A stretch of DNA of 64,000 nt from contig OZ242260.1 in NCBI GenBank assembly GCA_965207065.1, forward strand, positions 4,032,001-4,096,000. Direction: 5' to 3'. Below, piece by piece: positions 9,693 through 19,544 of this stretch; the stretch's first letter is position 1; every line of letters begins with the position of its first letter. The notes beneath the pieces are model-generated. The model did not search any database, had not been told where the DNA came from, and saw only the letters and a program-made list of their open reading frames with translations. This DNA comes from a bacterium. GTDB lineage: Bacteria > UBA8248. The position numbers were made by a program, and so were the translations under genes.

Positions 9693-10190
9693 GGGTCGTT
9701 GAAAAAGTCCCGGGGAGCGATTTTGGTTACACGCGCGCTTTTGAAGTTCACTCCCCCCTTGGTCGAGATATCAATACTCGTGTAGGTCGGACATATATGT
9801 CCGACCTACAACAGAAACGGCATTGACGCCGGTATCAAGGCAGTGGTCAATGCAGAGCGAGAAGGACTTTTTCATCGGGGTTGTTGAAAAAGTCCTCTTT
9901 GGGGTCGGGTTAAACCATCCTCACCTTGCAGAGCGCCAAACAATTACTCCCCCCTTGAGGGGGAGTCGAAGAGCTGAGGGCGTAAGCCCGAAAGCGATTC
10001 GGTGGGGGGTATAACTCGGAGTGGCGATAAAACGCGATTCACCCCCCACCGATTCAGCCTTCGCACAAAACGCTCGGCTTCATCGTCGGTATTCCCCGAG
10101 GGAGACCGACCCTCAAGGGGGGAGTGAATTTGAAACCCGACCGAGGAGAAAGGGAAGACTCCCCCCACTTGAAGGCCTTTTTCAACAACC
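9693..10190. repeat. Two adjacent MITE-like elements with REP-like cargo
   Basis: GGGTCGTTGAAAAAGTCC...GGACTTTTTCATC (9693-9876) contains the perfect palindrome TGTAGGTCGGACATATATGTCCGACCTACA (9781-9810). GGGTTGTTGAAAAAGTCC...GGCCTTTTTCAACAACC (9878-10190) contains an inverted pair of ACTCCCCCCTTGAGGG units. Confidence 0.75.
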
Positions 10191-10274
10191 ACGCGAACCC
10201 GCCCGGCCCTTGTTCCCTGCCCCTCGAATGGCTAAGCTGGCGCTTCGATTCGTCACAGGCAAGCAGGGGATATT

Positions 10275-11021
10275 TTGGACTACTCGACGCATGAGCTACT
10301 GGCGGTCGGGATCGCCGCCTTTTTCGTCGGCTTTCTGAAAACCACTTTCAGCTCCGGGATCGGCATCTTCCTCGTCCCGATCATGATCATGTTCTGGCCC
10401 ACGCGGTTCATCATCGGCATCATCGCCGTCCTCATGTGGGTGACGGACTTTTTCGCCATCCCCATGTTCTGGAAACAGTGGGAGAGCCGCTATCTGCGCT
10501 ACCTGGTGCCGGGCTTCTATATCGGCATCATCATCGGCGTCTACGCGCTGGTGAACCTGCCCGACTACTGGCTGAGAAAGGGGATCGGCCTCACCTGCGT
10601 CTTCTTCGCCGGGCTGTTCATCTGGCGTCAGTTCCGGGGAGAGATCAAGCCGCCGCCCGTCAGTCCCCAGGCGGGCGTGGGAATCGGGATAGGCGGCGGA
10701 ATCATCAGCGCCATGTTCCACTCGGGCGGCCTCGTGCTGAGCCTGTTCTTCGTCAGCCAGGGCATGTCCAAAACGGCGATAGTGGCGAGCATCCTCATCG
10801 TGTGGTTCTGCGTGAACCCGTTCAAGGTCGGCTCGCTCTGGTACGGGGGCGTCGTGCAGACGCCGATGCTCGTGGCGGGGGCGCTCGCCTTTCCGCTCGC
10901 CTGGGCCGGGAGCTGGTGCGGCAGGCAGGCGCTCCGTAAAATCCCCCAGAGAGGATTCACCTTCATCCTCCTGCTCCTGTCCCTCATCACCGCCCTGCGC
11001 CTTCTGCTCGAGACGAACTAG
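10275..11021 (+). CDS. TauE/SafE (TSUP) family membrane transporter
   Basis: About 250 aa, about 8 hydrophobic segments, Gly-rich repeated halves, C-terminal G...GR...LRKIP...F. Confidence 0.8.
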   Translation: MDYSTHELLAVGIAAFFVGFLKTTFSSGIGIFLVPIMIMFWPTRFIIGIIAVLMWVTDFFAIPMFWKQWESRYLRYLVPGFYIGIIIGVYALVNLPDYWLRKGIGLTCVFFAGLFIWRQFRGEIKPPPVSPQAGVGIGIGGGIISAMFHSGGLVLSLFFVSQGMSKTAIVASILIVWFCVNPFKVGSLWYGGVVQTPMLVAGALAFPLAWAGSWCGRQALRKIPQRGFTFILLLLSLITALRLLLETN

Positions 11022-11023
11022 GG

Positions 11024-11770
11024 ATGTCGGATTTCACCCTCATCGAGTGGTGCTTCGTGCTCGCCGCGGCGTTTTGCAACGGTTTCCTGGTGCGCACGTT
11101 CGGGGCGGGTGTGGGCCTGGTGATCACGCCGTTTCTCATCTTCGCGTTCTCACCCTCTTTTTCCTTAGGCCTCATCGCGATGTTCAGCTGCTGGTCGGGC
11201 CTGGGGTCGGCGCCGCATTTCTGGGGAAAGTGGAACCTGCGCTACGTGTTCCTGCTGGCGCCCGGCATCGTCGTCGGGCTGGCCGGCGGCGTCTGGCTCC
11301 TTACCTGGCTCCCGGGCGCGGGACTGAAACTCCTGATCGGCGCCATCTGCTTCTCGCTCGCCTCCTACCAGGCGCTCGTGGAAATAAGGGGCAGACCCTT
11401 CGATATCCCTCCCCTGCCGATGTGGCAGGGCGGGGGCTTCGGGGTCATGAGCGGGCTTTGCTCCGCACTCGCCAACAGCGGGGCGATCTTCCTCACCCCC
11501 GTGCTCATCAGCCAGAGACTGGAGAAACTCACCCTGGTGAGCACGATATGGGCGCTCTACGCGGTGTTCAACCCCATCAAGGTGGTCGCCTTCTGGCAGG
11601 TATCCGTGGTGACCTGGGACACCATCTGGGCGACCGTGGTCGGCCTGCCCGTGCTGTGGCTGGGCATACAGGCCGGCGCATGGGTGCAGGAGCGGCTGAG
11701 CGGGCGCACCTTCAACCTGTGCGTGCTGAGCATCGCCCTGGGCGGGTCGATACGGCTGCTGCTCGTCTAA
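11024..11770 (+). CDS. TauE/SafE (TSUP) family membrane transporter (second)
   Basis: Same architecture; GAGVGLVITP and GIQAGAWVQERLSGRTF. Confidence 0.8.
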   Translation: MSDFTLIEWCFVLAAAFCNGFLVRTFGAGVGLVITPFLIFAFSPSFSLGLIAMFSCWSGLGSAPHFWGKWNLRYVFLLAPGIVVGLAGGVWLLTWLPGAGLKLLIGAICFSLASYQALVEIRGRPFDIPPLPMWQGGGFGVMSGLCSALANSGAIFLTPVLISQRLEKLTLVSTIWALYAVFNPIKVVAFWQVSVVTWDTIWATVVGLPVLWLGIQAGAWVQERLSGRTFNLCVLSIALGGSIRLLLV

Positions 11771-11804
11771 CGCTCCGGTCGCACCTTCGGAAATCCAAAT
11801 GCGC

Positions 11805-11870
11805 GGGGGTGTGGAAAAAACCCTCTTGAAGGGGGTTGCCTTGACCCACTCAAGGACTTTTTCAACAACC
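11805..11870. repeat. Short, degenerate MITE-like element
   Basis: GGGGTGTGGAAAAAA ... GGACTTTTTCAACAACC with internal CCCTCTTGAAGGGGG. Confidence 0.55.
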
Positions 11871-11949
11871 TCTTGGCGGAGTGATTCCATCGTTCCCTTT
11901 CGTATCCAAACCGCTGCCGGGGCATCTATATCATGCCCGAACATTCGCC

Positions 11950-12200
11950 TCACGCTCTCGTACAAATATGGGGGCAATTCTCAGGGTGGAACCTTGATGA
12001 GCATAACGAAAACGAGGAATCAAGGGACTTCTTCGCGCCGCCGGGTTGCTGTGGAGACGGCGTCATGGTGGAGCCGCCAGATGTCCGGGGCGGGGTCATC
12101 ATGGGCGTCTCCGCCTTTTTATCGCCGCCTCCACAGCCCGATAAAGCCAGCGTGACTACAACCAGCGCGGGATTTACCCGTATTGAAATTCGACTCTGAA
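11950..12200 (-). pseudogene. Probable remnant of a lipoprotein gene (N-terminus only)
   Basis: Hydrophobic stretch plus lipobox LALSG-CGGG, then a Pro/Thr/Gly linker, after which the frame ends. Confidence 0.4.
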
Positions 12201-12273
12201 CCGATGTTTGTTCCTTTTCTTCCAAGTTGAAAAAAGCGGGCAAAAAACCGACGAGAGAAAAAGGCGCAGGCAA

Positions 12274-13161
12274 TCATCGTCTCTTATCCGGCCTCTGGCC
12301 CAGGATCCATTTCCTGAACGCCCGCACCTCGGGCTTGCGTCTCGAGGCGCGCGTCGTGACCAGCAGATAGCGGTCGGGCGCCGGAACAGGCGTGTCGAAC
12401 AGCGTCACCAACCGCCCCTCCTCCAACTCCCGTGCGATCATCAACGAATGACCGAGCGCCACGCCCATGCCGTCGGCCGCGGCCTGCACCATCATGCTGT
12501 AGAGGCGGAAACCCGAAGCCCGCGACAGGTCGGGCGGCTGCGCGCCGTGATGCGCGAACCAATGGGCCCAATAAGACGTCCAGTGCAGATCGTAGAGCAG
12601 CGGCCAGCCGAGCAGATCGCCCGCCTTCCCGGGCTGCCCCCGCTCCTCCACCAGGGCCGGGCTGCAAACCGGCAGCAGTGTCTCCTCGAACAACGTCTCG
12701 GCGTGCAGCCGCCCCCCGACCTTGTTGGTGAAGGCGACCCAGACGTCGAAGTCGTGCCGCACAGGGTCAAGCTCCCGGTGGTCGGTCTCGAACTCGATGG
12801 CGATATCAGGGTGCGCCGCCCGGAACTCCGCGAGCCGCGGCATCAGCCACTTCTCCGCCACCACCTCGACAGCCACCAACTTCAGAAACGCTCCGCCGCC
12901 GCGCCGCTTCCCGGTCACATCGCGCAACTCGGCGAATATGCGCTGGACATCCTCCAGATACGTCCGCCCCAGCCGGTTGAGCCGCACTCCCTGGGGAAAG
13001 CGATCGAACAGACGGGCGCCCAGATAGTCCTCCAGACACTTGATGCGGTGCGAGACTGCGCCCGGCGTCACGCTGAGTTCCCTGGCGGCGGCGGCAAAGC
13101 TCCCCAGCCGCGCCGCCACCTCGAAGAAGTACAGCGCATCGAGGGGCGGAAGACCCGGCAT
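12274..13161 (-). CDS. LysR-family regulator, GcvA-like
   Basis: [41 protein letters not shown] and WLMPRLAEF; the start may instead be 13170. Confidence 0.92.
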   Translation of the reverse strand: MPGLPPLDALYFFEVAARLGSFAAAARELSVTPGAVSHRIKCLEDYLGARLFDRFPQGVRLNRLGRTYLEDVQRIFAELRDVTGKRRGGGAFLKLVAVEVVAEKWLMPRLAEFRAAHPDIAIEFETDHRELDPVRHDFDVWVAFTNKVGGRLHAETLFEETLLPVCSPALVEERGQPGKAGDLLGWPLLYDLHWTSYWAHWFAHHGAQPPDLSRASGFRLYSMMVQAAADGMGVALGHSLMIARELEEGRLVTLFDTPVPAPDRYLLVTTRASRRKPEVRAFRKWILGQRPDKRR

Positions 13162-13437
13162 GGGTCCCATCTGAACACCGGGCCGGGACTGGCGCCGGCC
13201 GCTGCCGGGCTCTTTCATTTGTTCATCCTGGGAAGCCATGGCTGCTCCAATCGAACCTTCCCATATACGCTGCCAAAGCTCGTGAGCCTTCGCAAGATTG
13301 AGAATTTTTCGTCTTCAGGCCCAAATATTTTGATTCTCATAATCCCGTGCACTTCACCCGACCGGTCCTCTTTTGCTCGCCTGAATCCCTTCCCCTCCTC
13401 TCTCATGATAATATGGGTCAATTCTCAGGGAGGAGCC

Positions 13438-14553
13438 ATGATGAGCACGACGCCGCAAGCCGCGAAATCGCCCCTGCCGGTCACCGAATCCACCCTCGGC
13501 ATGGTGGACGCCGACATCCACCACGTTCCGCCCTCACTGGACACCCTCAAGCCCTATCTGCCGCTCGTGTGGCGAAACTACACCGAAGAAACCGACTATA
13601 CGAAACTGCCGAACGCCCCCTACCCCAAGACGGCGGGCGGCGGCGTGCGCAAGGACGCCATACCGCCGGACGGCCCGGCGGGTTCTAGCCTCCCGATGCT
13701 GCAGGAACAGGTGCTGGACGCCTACGGCGTGAGCTACGGGGTGCTGAACGGGGCGTACTACAACGTATCCTTCATGGGCATTCCCGAGTTCGGCGCGGCC
13801 CTGGCCCGCGCGCACAACGACTGGACGATCGAGCACTGGCTGGAAAAAGACGAGCGCCTGCGCGGGGCCATCACCGTCTCGCACCATGACCCCCAGCACG
13901 CCGTGGACGAGATAAAGCGCGTCGGCGAGCGCGACGACATGGCGCAGGTGCTCTTCCCGGCGGGTTCGCACGCCCCCTACGGCCAGAGGCGCTACCATCC
14001 CATCTACGCCGCGGCGGAGGAGCGCGGACTGCCTATCGGCATCCATTTCGGGGGCACGGGCGCGGGCAACGCGCCGCCGCCCACGGCTTCTGGCTGGCCC
14101 ACCTACTACATCGAGTGGCACACGGCGATGAGCCAGGCCTTCATGACGCACGTGGTGAGCTTTATCTGCGAAGGCGTGTTCGAGTTGTTCCCGAAATTGA
14201 AGGTCGTGCTGATCGAGGGGGGGCTCTCCTGGATTCCGGGGCTGCTCTGGCGGCTGGACAAGAACTACCGGGGGATGCGCGCCGAGGTGCCCTGGCTCAG
14301 GAAGCTGCCGAGCGAGTATTTCTACGAGCACTTCCGGGTGACGAGCCAGCCCATCGAGGAGCCCGATAAGGACGAGCATCTCCTCCAGATATTCGAGATG
14401 GCCCACGCCGAGAAGATCCTGCTCTTCGCCACCGACTACCCCCACTGGGATTTCGACTCCCCCGTCCACGCCCTGCCGCACCAGGTGGACGCAGAACTCC
14501 GCGAGCGCATCATGCGCGACAACGCGACCGAGCTGTACGGGTTGGGGGGTTAG
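13438..14553 (+). CDS. Amidohydrolase_2 family protein
   Basis: [31 protein letters not shown] before ATG 13438. Confidence 0.9.
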   Translation: MMSTTPQAAKSPLPVTESTLGMVDADIHHVPPSLDTLKPYLPLVWRNYTEETDYTKLPNAPYPKTAGGGVRKDAIPPDGPAGSSLPMLQEQVLDAYGVSYGVLNGAYYNVSFMGIPEFGAALARAHNDWTIEHWLEKDERLRGAITVSHHDPQHAVDEIKRVGERDDMAQVLFPAGSHAPYGQRRYHPIYAAAEERGLPIGIHFGGTGAGNAPPPTASGWPTYYIEWHTAMSQAFMTHVVSFICEGVFELFPKLKVVLIEGGLSWIPGLLWRLDKNYRGMRAEVPWLRKLPSEYFYEHFRVTSQPIEEPDKDEHLLQIFEMAHAEKILLFATDYPHWDFDSPVHALPHQVDAELRERIMRDNATELYGLGG

Positions 14554-14778
14554 GGGGAATTGTGCTGCAGCCAATAAGATGCCATCGTCCATGGAATTGA
14601 CAATATTGCGATTGTGAGACAAGCCTAAAGGGCTAAAATTAACTGTGTTAGAAGAAGTAATGACAGAGCGTTTTTACGAGAGGTTTGGATAAGATTTTGA
14701 TCACACCATAATACCGAACATAAGACAGAATTGGTTGCGAGGAAAACGCTCAAATCATAATGGGAGATAAAAAAGAGT

Positions 14779-16875
14779 ATGCAAGCCAGTGAAGCAAAAC
14801 TGCTCGAATTCCTCAAAAAATCGGAACAGTTTGTGATCCCGATTTACCAGCGTACCTATTCGTGGACTGAGCGCGAGTGCCGCCAACTTTGGGACGATAT
14901 CCTGCGTGCGGGACGTAATGAGGACATATCGGCGCACTTCATCGGTTCTATCGTATACATCGAGGCCGGGCTTTACCAAATCATTAATCAGTCGCAAATG
15001 CTGGTCATTGATGGCCAGCAACGACTAACTACCGTAATACTCATTATTGAGGCTCTCGCACGCCAAACGGGCGATGCTGAGCCGATTGACGGCTTTTCCG
15101 CGCGAAAACTCCGCAACCGTTACCTGCGCGATCCTGACGAAGATGGCGAAGCTGCCCATAAACTACTCCTCACCCAGACTGACAAACTGACCTTGCTGGC
15201 AATCATGGATCAGAAGCCGCTGCCAGCCGAGCACTCATTGCGTCTCAAAGAGAACTTTGAGTTTTTTGAGAAACAATTGGAGAGACTGGGTATAGATCTG
15301 GAGCCATTGTGTAAGGGGTTAGCTAAACTCATGATTGTGGACGTTTCGCTAAAGCGCGACCAGGACAACCCGCAGTTGATCTTCGAAAGCATGAATTCTA
15401 CTGGCCGAGAACTCAGCCAAGCAGACCTTATCCGTAATTTCATCCTAATGGGGCTGGAACCCCAACACCAGATTCAATTGTACAAGGAATATTGGCGACC
15501 CATGGAAGTCGCATTCGGACAGGAGGCTTATGCCAGACACTTTGATGACTTTATGCGCTATTACCTAACCGTCAAGACCGGCAAACTGCCAAACATCCGC
15601 AAAGTTTACGAAGTGTTTAAGGAATATGCTCGTAACGCAGAAGTGAACAAAATCGGAATAGACGTTATCTTGGCAGATCTTCACAAATTTGCCAGCTATT
15701 ATTGCGCTATGGAATTGGGCCACGAGGAAAACCCTGAATTAAAAGACGCTTTCAAAGACATCCGCGAACTCAAAGCAAACGTCGCCTATCCTTTTTTGCT
15801 GGAAATCTATAATGACTATGCTGAGAAAATAATGTCACCGGAAGAATTGTTGGAGGCCGTACGGCTCGTAGAAAGCTATGTCTTTCGCCGCTCCGTTTGC
15901 GCTATCCCCACAAATTCGATGAACAGGACTTTCGAAACCTTCGGCAAAACTTTAAAAAAAGACCGTTACTTAGAAAGTATCCGGGCGCAGTTCCAACTCA
16001 TGCCATCCTACCGCCGATTCCCTGACGATTCGGAGTTTCGCCGCGAAATTGTGAAGCGAGACCTCTATAACTTCCCCCGACGAAGCTACTGGCTGCGGCG
16101 GCTAGAGAATCACGATCGCAAAGAGCGGGTTCCAGTGCACGAATACACGATTGAGCACATTATGCCACAGAATGATAACCTCTCGAAGGAGTGGCAAGAG
16201 GTGCTCGGTGATGACTGGCGAAGGGTTCAAGAAACTTGGCTTCACACGCTTGGCAATTTGACACTAACTGGCTACAACACCGAGTATAGAGACCATCCCT
16301 TTGCAAAGAAACGAGACATGGAAGGTGGTTTCCGGGAGAGCCCGTTGCGAGTCAACGAGGGGCTGGGTCATCTAGAAACTTGGAATGAAGAGAAGATTCA
16401 GGCACGTGCTAACCGTCTAGCTCACAAAGCTAGTGCCGTCTGGGCATCGCCTTCATTACCTGACGAAATACTTGATACTTATCGGCCGAAGGCTCCAGAG
16501 AAGACTAGCATTTATACAATAGAGAACCATATCCATCTTACAGACGGCTATGCTGTGCGTCCTCTCTTCGAAATTTTTCGTAAATCAGTAACGGCCCTCG
16601 ACCCCTGTGTCACGGAGGAGTTTCTGAAACGTTACGTTTCCTACAAGGCAGAGACCAATTTTGTCGATGTGGAGGCACAGGCCAAACAACTAAAGCTTTG
16701 GCTTAATCTGCAATTCCAAGAGCTTTATGACCCTCGCCGCTTAGCTAGAGACGTGACCAACCTCGGCCACCTAGGCATTGGAGATGTAGAGGTAGCTTTG
16801 CGTACGCCAGAGGAGTTGCCCTACGTGATGAGTCTCGTGCGTCAGGCACTCGAGAAGCAAATGGAAACAGCCTGA
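14779..16875 (+). CDS. GmrSD-family restriction endonuclease (DUF262 + DUF1524/HNH + C-terminal DUF5655-like domain)
   Basis: IPIYQRTYSW, IDGQQRLTT, IFESMNSTG, TIEHIMPQ, LGNLTLT; visibly lower GC than the flanks. Confidence 0.9.
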   Translation: MQASEAKLLEFLKKSEQFVIPIYQRTYSWTERECRQLWDDILRAGRNEDISAHFIGSIVYIEAGLYQIINQSQMLVIDGQQRLTTVILIIEALARQTGDAEPIDGFSARKLRNRYLRDPDEDGEAAHKLLLTQTDKLTLLAIMDQKPLPAEHSLRLKENFEFFEKQLERLGIDLEPLCKGLAKLMIVDVSLKRDQDNPQLIFESMNSTGRELSQADLIRNFILMGLEPQHQIQLYKEYWRPMEVAFGQEAYARHFDDFMRYYLTVKTGKLPNIRKVYEVFKEYARNAEVNKIGIDVILADLHKFASYYCAMELGHEENPELKDAFKDIRELKANVAYPFLLEIYNDYAEKIMSPEELLEAVRLVESYVFRRSVCAIPTNSMNRTFETFGKTLKKDRYLESIRAQFQLMPSYRRFPDDSEFRREIVKRDLYNFPRRSYWLRRLENHDRKERVPVHEYTIEHIMPQNDNLSKEWQEVLGDDWRRVQETWLHTLGNLTLTGYNTEYRDHPFAKKRDMEGGFRESPLRVNEGLGHLETWNEEKIQARANRLAHKASAVWASPSLPDEILDTYRPKAPEKTSIYTIENHIHLTDGYAVRPLFEIFRKSVTALDPCVTEEFLKRYVSYKAETNFVDVEAQAKQLKLWLNLQFQELYDPRRLARDVTNLGHLGIGDVEVALRTPEELPYVMSLVRQALEKQMETA

Positions 16876-17160
16876 ATCGAACATACGGCCACCTGCCTAT
16901 CCTACATGTCGTTGACGCCGGCCTCCCGCTCTGAACACCGCCGATGGATGCTCGTCGGCATCTCTCGCATGGTGCAGGTCCTTTCAGGAAAAAAGCGAGA
17001 CCCCCTTAAGCCTCATTTCATCCTGATAGTCGGGATCGACCCTCCAATATCACCCATGATTGACCACGCATTTGCCCGTGCTTGCCCGCATTCACGAGAC
17101 GCGCACACGAGGGGAATTTCGGTAAGATGGCGGAGCCGGACGCTTCGTCCGGAAATAATG

Positions 17161-17310
17161 AATTTCCGATAATATCGATAAATTCACGGGGTTATTCGAT
17201 AAATTTCTATAAATTAAATTGTTGGGAAAAGACGCCGCGGAACATGGGCGCAGGGGAATTCTGCCATGGACAGTTATTCTCTCGATAACGGCAAATGCGG
17301 GGAGTTGCGG
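17161..17310 (-). repeat. Conserved non-coding element, copy 1 (inverted homolog of 22520-22680)
   Basis: Reverse complement shares CCCCGCATTTGCCGTTATCG, TGGCAGAATT, CCTGCGCCC, GCGGCGTC and GAAATTTATCGAATAACCCCGTGAATTTATC with copy 2. Confidence 0.85.
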
Positions 17311-17447
17311 GGGTGAGATTTCCCCGGAGTCGCGAGTCTTGCGGGACGTGGAGATTCGGAGGCGGTGAAAATCCAACAGATTAACGATAGTGACATAATA
17401 CTTGAATTATATGTCGCAAACTATTGTTATTATTGTTATATATATTT

Positions 17448-18323
17448 TTATCTTGATTCGGAATTGACGAAATATATCCCTGTCGAGATCAGGACCGCGC
17501 CGCCGAGCATGAGCTGCGTCAGGGGTTCGGCGAGCAGCAAAGCGCCCGTCAGGACCCCGAACACGGGTGTGAGGAACATGAAGACGCCCACGCGGCTCGC
17601 CGGGTAGTCCGTGAGCAGCCACAGCCAGGGGATCATGGCGAGGCCCGTGCCGATGAGGCCGCTGTAGCCCACGCCGGTGAGCACGTTCGCATCGGTGAGG
17701 TCGGGCCAGGCCTCCCCCAGAAACGAGGCGACGATAAAGAACGGGAGCACGGCCAGAAGCTGCGTCCAGGCCGTGATTCTGAAGGCGTCGAAGCTCCTGA
17801 GCTTCATCTTCAGGAATATCGACTGCACCGCCCATATCACGGCTGCCAGAACGACGACGGCGTCCCCGTACCAGGTGGAGCCGCCCGCCGAGGAGAGCCT
17901 GTCGCCAAAGAGTAACACCATGCCCAGACTCGCGGCGATGAAGCCCATAACCGCGCGTACGCCCACCCGCTCATGGGGGAGAATCCACGCCGCCAGCGCC
18001 GTCAGCAACAAGGGCTGGGAGTAGAGGAACAGCGAGGCGCGCCCGGCTGTGGTGTTGTCCACGCCGTGATAATAGGTGATGAACATCAAGTTGTGCAGAC
18101 AGGCGTTAATCCAGAAATCGCGGCTCTCGCCCTTCCAGCTCGGGCGCGGCGGCAGAACAGGCATTTTTCGAATGAACATGATCAGAAAAACGCTCGACGC
18201 CGAGATGATGCCTCTCATCCAGAGGAACGTGAAAGGCTCCACGCCGCGCAGACCTATCTTGGCTGCAGGAAAACTCAGGCCCCACAGAAAGGTGACGGTG
18301 AAAATCAAAACGAAAAATCGCAA
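17448..18323 (-). CDS. DMT/EamA family transporter
   Basis: Two EamA repeats; LWG, MFLTPVFGV and LLAEPL. Confidence 0.9.
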   Translation of the reverse strand: MRFFVLIFTVTFLWGLSFPAAKIGLRGVEPFTFLWMRGIISASSVFLIMFIRKMPVLPPRPSWKGESRDFWINACLHNLMFITYYHGVDNTTAGRASLFLYSQPLLLTALAAWILPHERVGVRAVMGFIAASLGMVLLFGDRLSSAGGSTWYGDAVVVLAAVIWAVQSIFLKMKLRSFDAFRITAWTQLLAVLPFFIVASFLGEAWPDLTDANVLTGVGYSGLIGTGLAMIPWLWLLTDYPASRVGVFMFLTPVFGVLTGALLLAEPLTQLMLGGAVLISTGIYFVNSESR

Positions 18324-18399
18324 TTCCTGCCTATCCTTTCAACGAATCCGCTCCATGTCGGGAATCTCGCGGCGGGTGAAATCGGAGGAATGCACGCCT

Positions 18400-19023
18400 T
18401 TAGCTATCAGATTCTTTCTTCCTGGGAAACGGCTCCAGGTCATCTAAGTCCACTTTCTGCTCGAGTTCGTCGTGGCAGGCGTCACAACGCGGCTGCGCGG
18501 TGGCCGCCACCATGAACCCCTTTTCCCTCTCTCCGCCGAGGCGGTGGCCATTGTGGCACTGTACGCAGTCCGTCTTTAGCTCGTCGTGATCCGATATGGC
18601 GTGAAACGCGTCGTCGGCCAACTCCAGGAGGCGCTCCTCGTCGTGACACTTCACGCAGTCCTTATCGAGTATGGGATGGAAGACGCGCGAGGGCTGCTCG
18701 TAATCGCCGATGATGAATTTGTAGAGGTCCTTGTTCGCCAGAATCGTCGTACGGATCATCCCCGTGATGCCCTCTTCCCCGTGGCATGATATGCACCTCA
18801 CACCGCCTGCGCTCTTGTGCCATCCGCCCAGCGTCCTGACCTCTTTCTTGGCACGCGCGCCGTCGTCGAGATAATCCTGGTGATCCTGGAGGTGGCAGAC
18901 CGTACAGAACGGATCATAAGACTCCACGGCGCGAATCCCGTACAGACTGCCGACCCCGAGCAGAGGGGACAGCAAGACGAGCAGAATCAACCATCGCCAC
19001 CAGCGTCTCCGGGAGCTTCGCAT
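18400..19023 (-). CDS. Membrane-anchored pentaheme c-type cytochrome, NapC/NirT-like
   Basis: N-terminal TM segment; five CxxCH motifs (CTVCH, CISCH, CVKCH, CVQCH, CDACH). Confidence 0.85.
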   Translation of the reverse strand: MRSSRRRWWRWLILLVLLSPLLGVGSLYGIRAVESYDPFCTVCHLQDHQDYLDDGARAKKEVRTLGGWHKSAGGVRCISCHGEEGITGMIRTTILANKDLYKFIIGDYEQPSRVFHPILDKDCVKCHDEERLLELADDAFHAISDHDELKTDCVQCHNGHRLGGEREKGFMVAATAQPRCDACHDELEQKVDLDDLEPFPRKKESDS

Positions 19024-19154
19024 TCAGGTTCTCCTCGGCGCAAGCATTCCCTCGCTCGCGCTCCCCATCTGCCAGGATATCGAAAGTACCACACGATCTT
19101 CCTCATTATAGCGCGATTTGCTAGGATGGTTCCTGAAGACAGGAGGTTGGCTCG

Positions 19155-19520
19155 ATGGCCAGAACGAGATTCAGCGCAAAAAAACGTCGCCCGGGGAGAA
19201 GGAGCGTCGCCGCACCGTCCGCCCCCACCGGAGAAAGCGCAAAACAGATCGCCGCGCGCCTCAAGTCATCGGCGAGCGTGGGCAAGAGCGCGCAGGAATA
19301 CCGGCGCAAATCGCTTGATATTCACGGGTGGTTCTGCGCAAAATGCGGCCGGGATTTCGATGAGAACAACCTCCACATCCTGACGGTCCACCACCGAGAC
19401 GGCGATCACAAGAACAATCCGCCTGACGGAAGCAACTGGGAGAATCTGTGCGTGGATTGCCATGAGGACGAACACTCCCGTGACATGCTGGGTCGCTACC
19501 TGAGCGATGACCGCGAATAA
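19155..19520 (+). CDS. yajD: YajD-family HNH nuclease
   Basis: CAKCGRDF...LTVHHRDGDHKNNPPDGSNWENLCVDCHEDEHS. Confidence 0.88.
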   Translation: MARTRFSAKKRRPGRRSVAAPSAPTGESAKQIAARLKSSASVGKSAQEYRRKSLDIHGWFCAKCGRDFDENNLHILTVHHRDGDHKNNPPDGSNWENLCVDCHEDEHSRDMLGRYLSDDRE

Positions 19521-19544
19521 CCGCCACCAGACACGCTCATCATC

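Noticed and set aside
12208-14553. 781-aa ORF suggesting a fusion to the amidohydrolase
   Set aside because: The first ~410 codons are the antisense of the LysR gene plus intergenic DNA; a strong RBS supports a start at 13438.
17386-17425. dif/Xer-like site (TAGTGACATAA-TACTTG-AATTATATGTC)
   Set aside because: One arm resembles an XerD site, but the other arm and the spacing fit poorly, and there is no counterpart at the second element copy. It remains an imperfect palindrome of unknown role.
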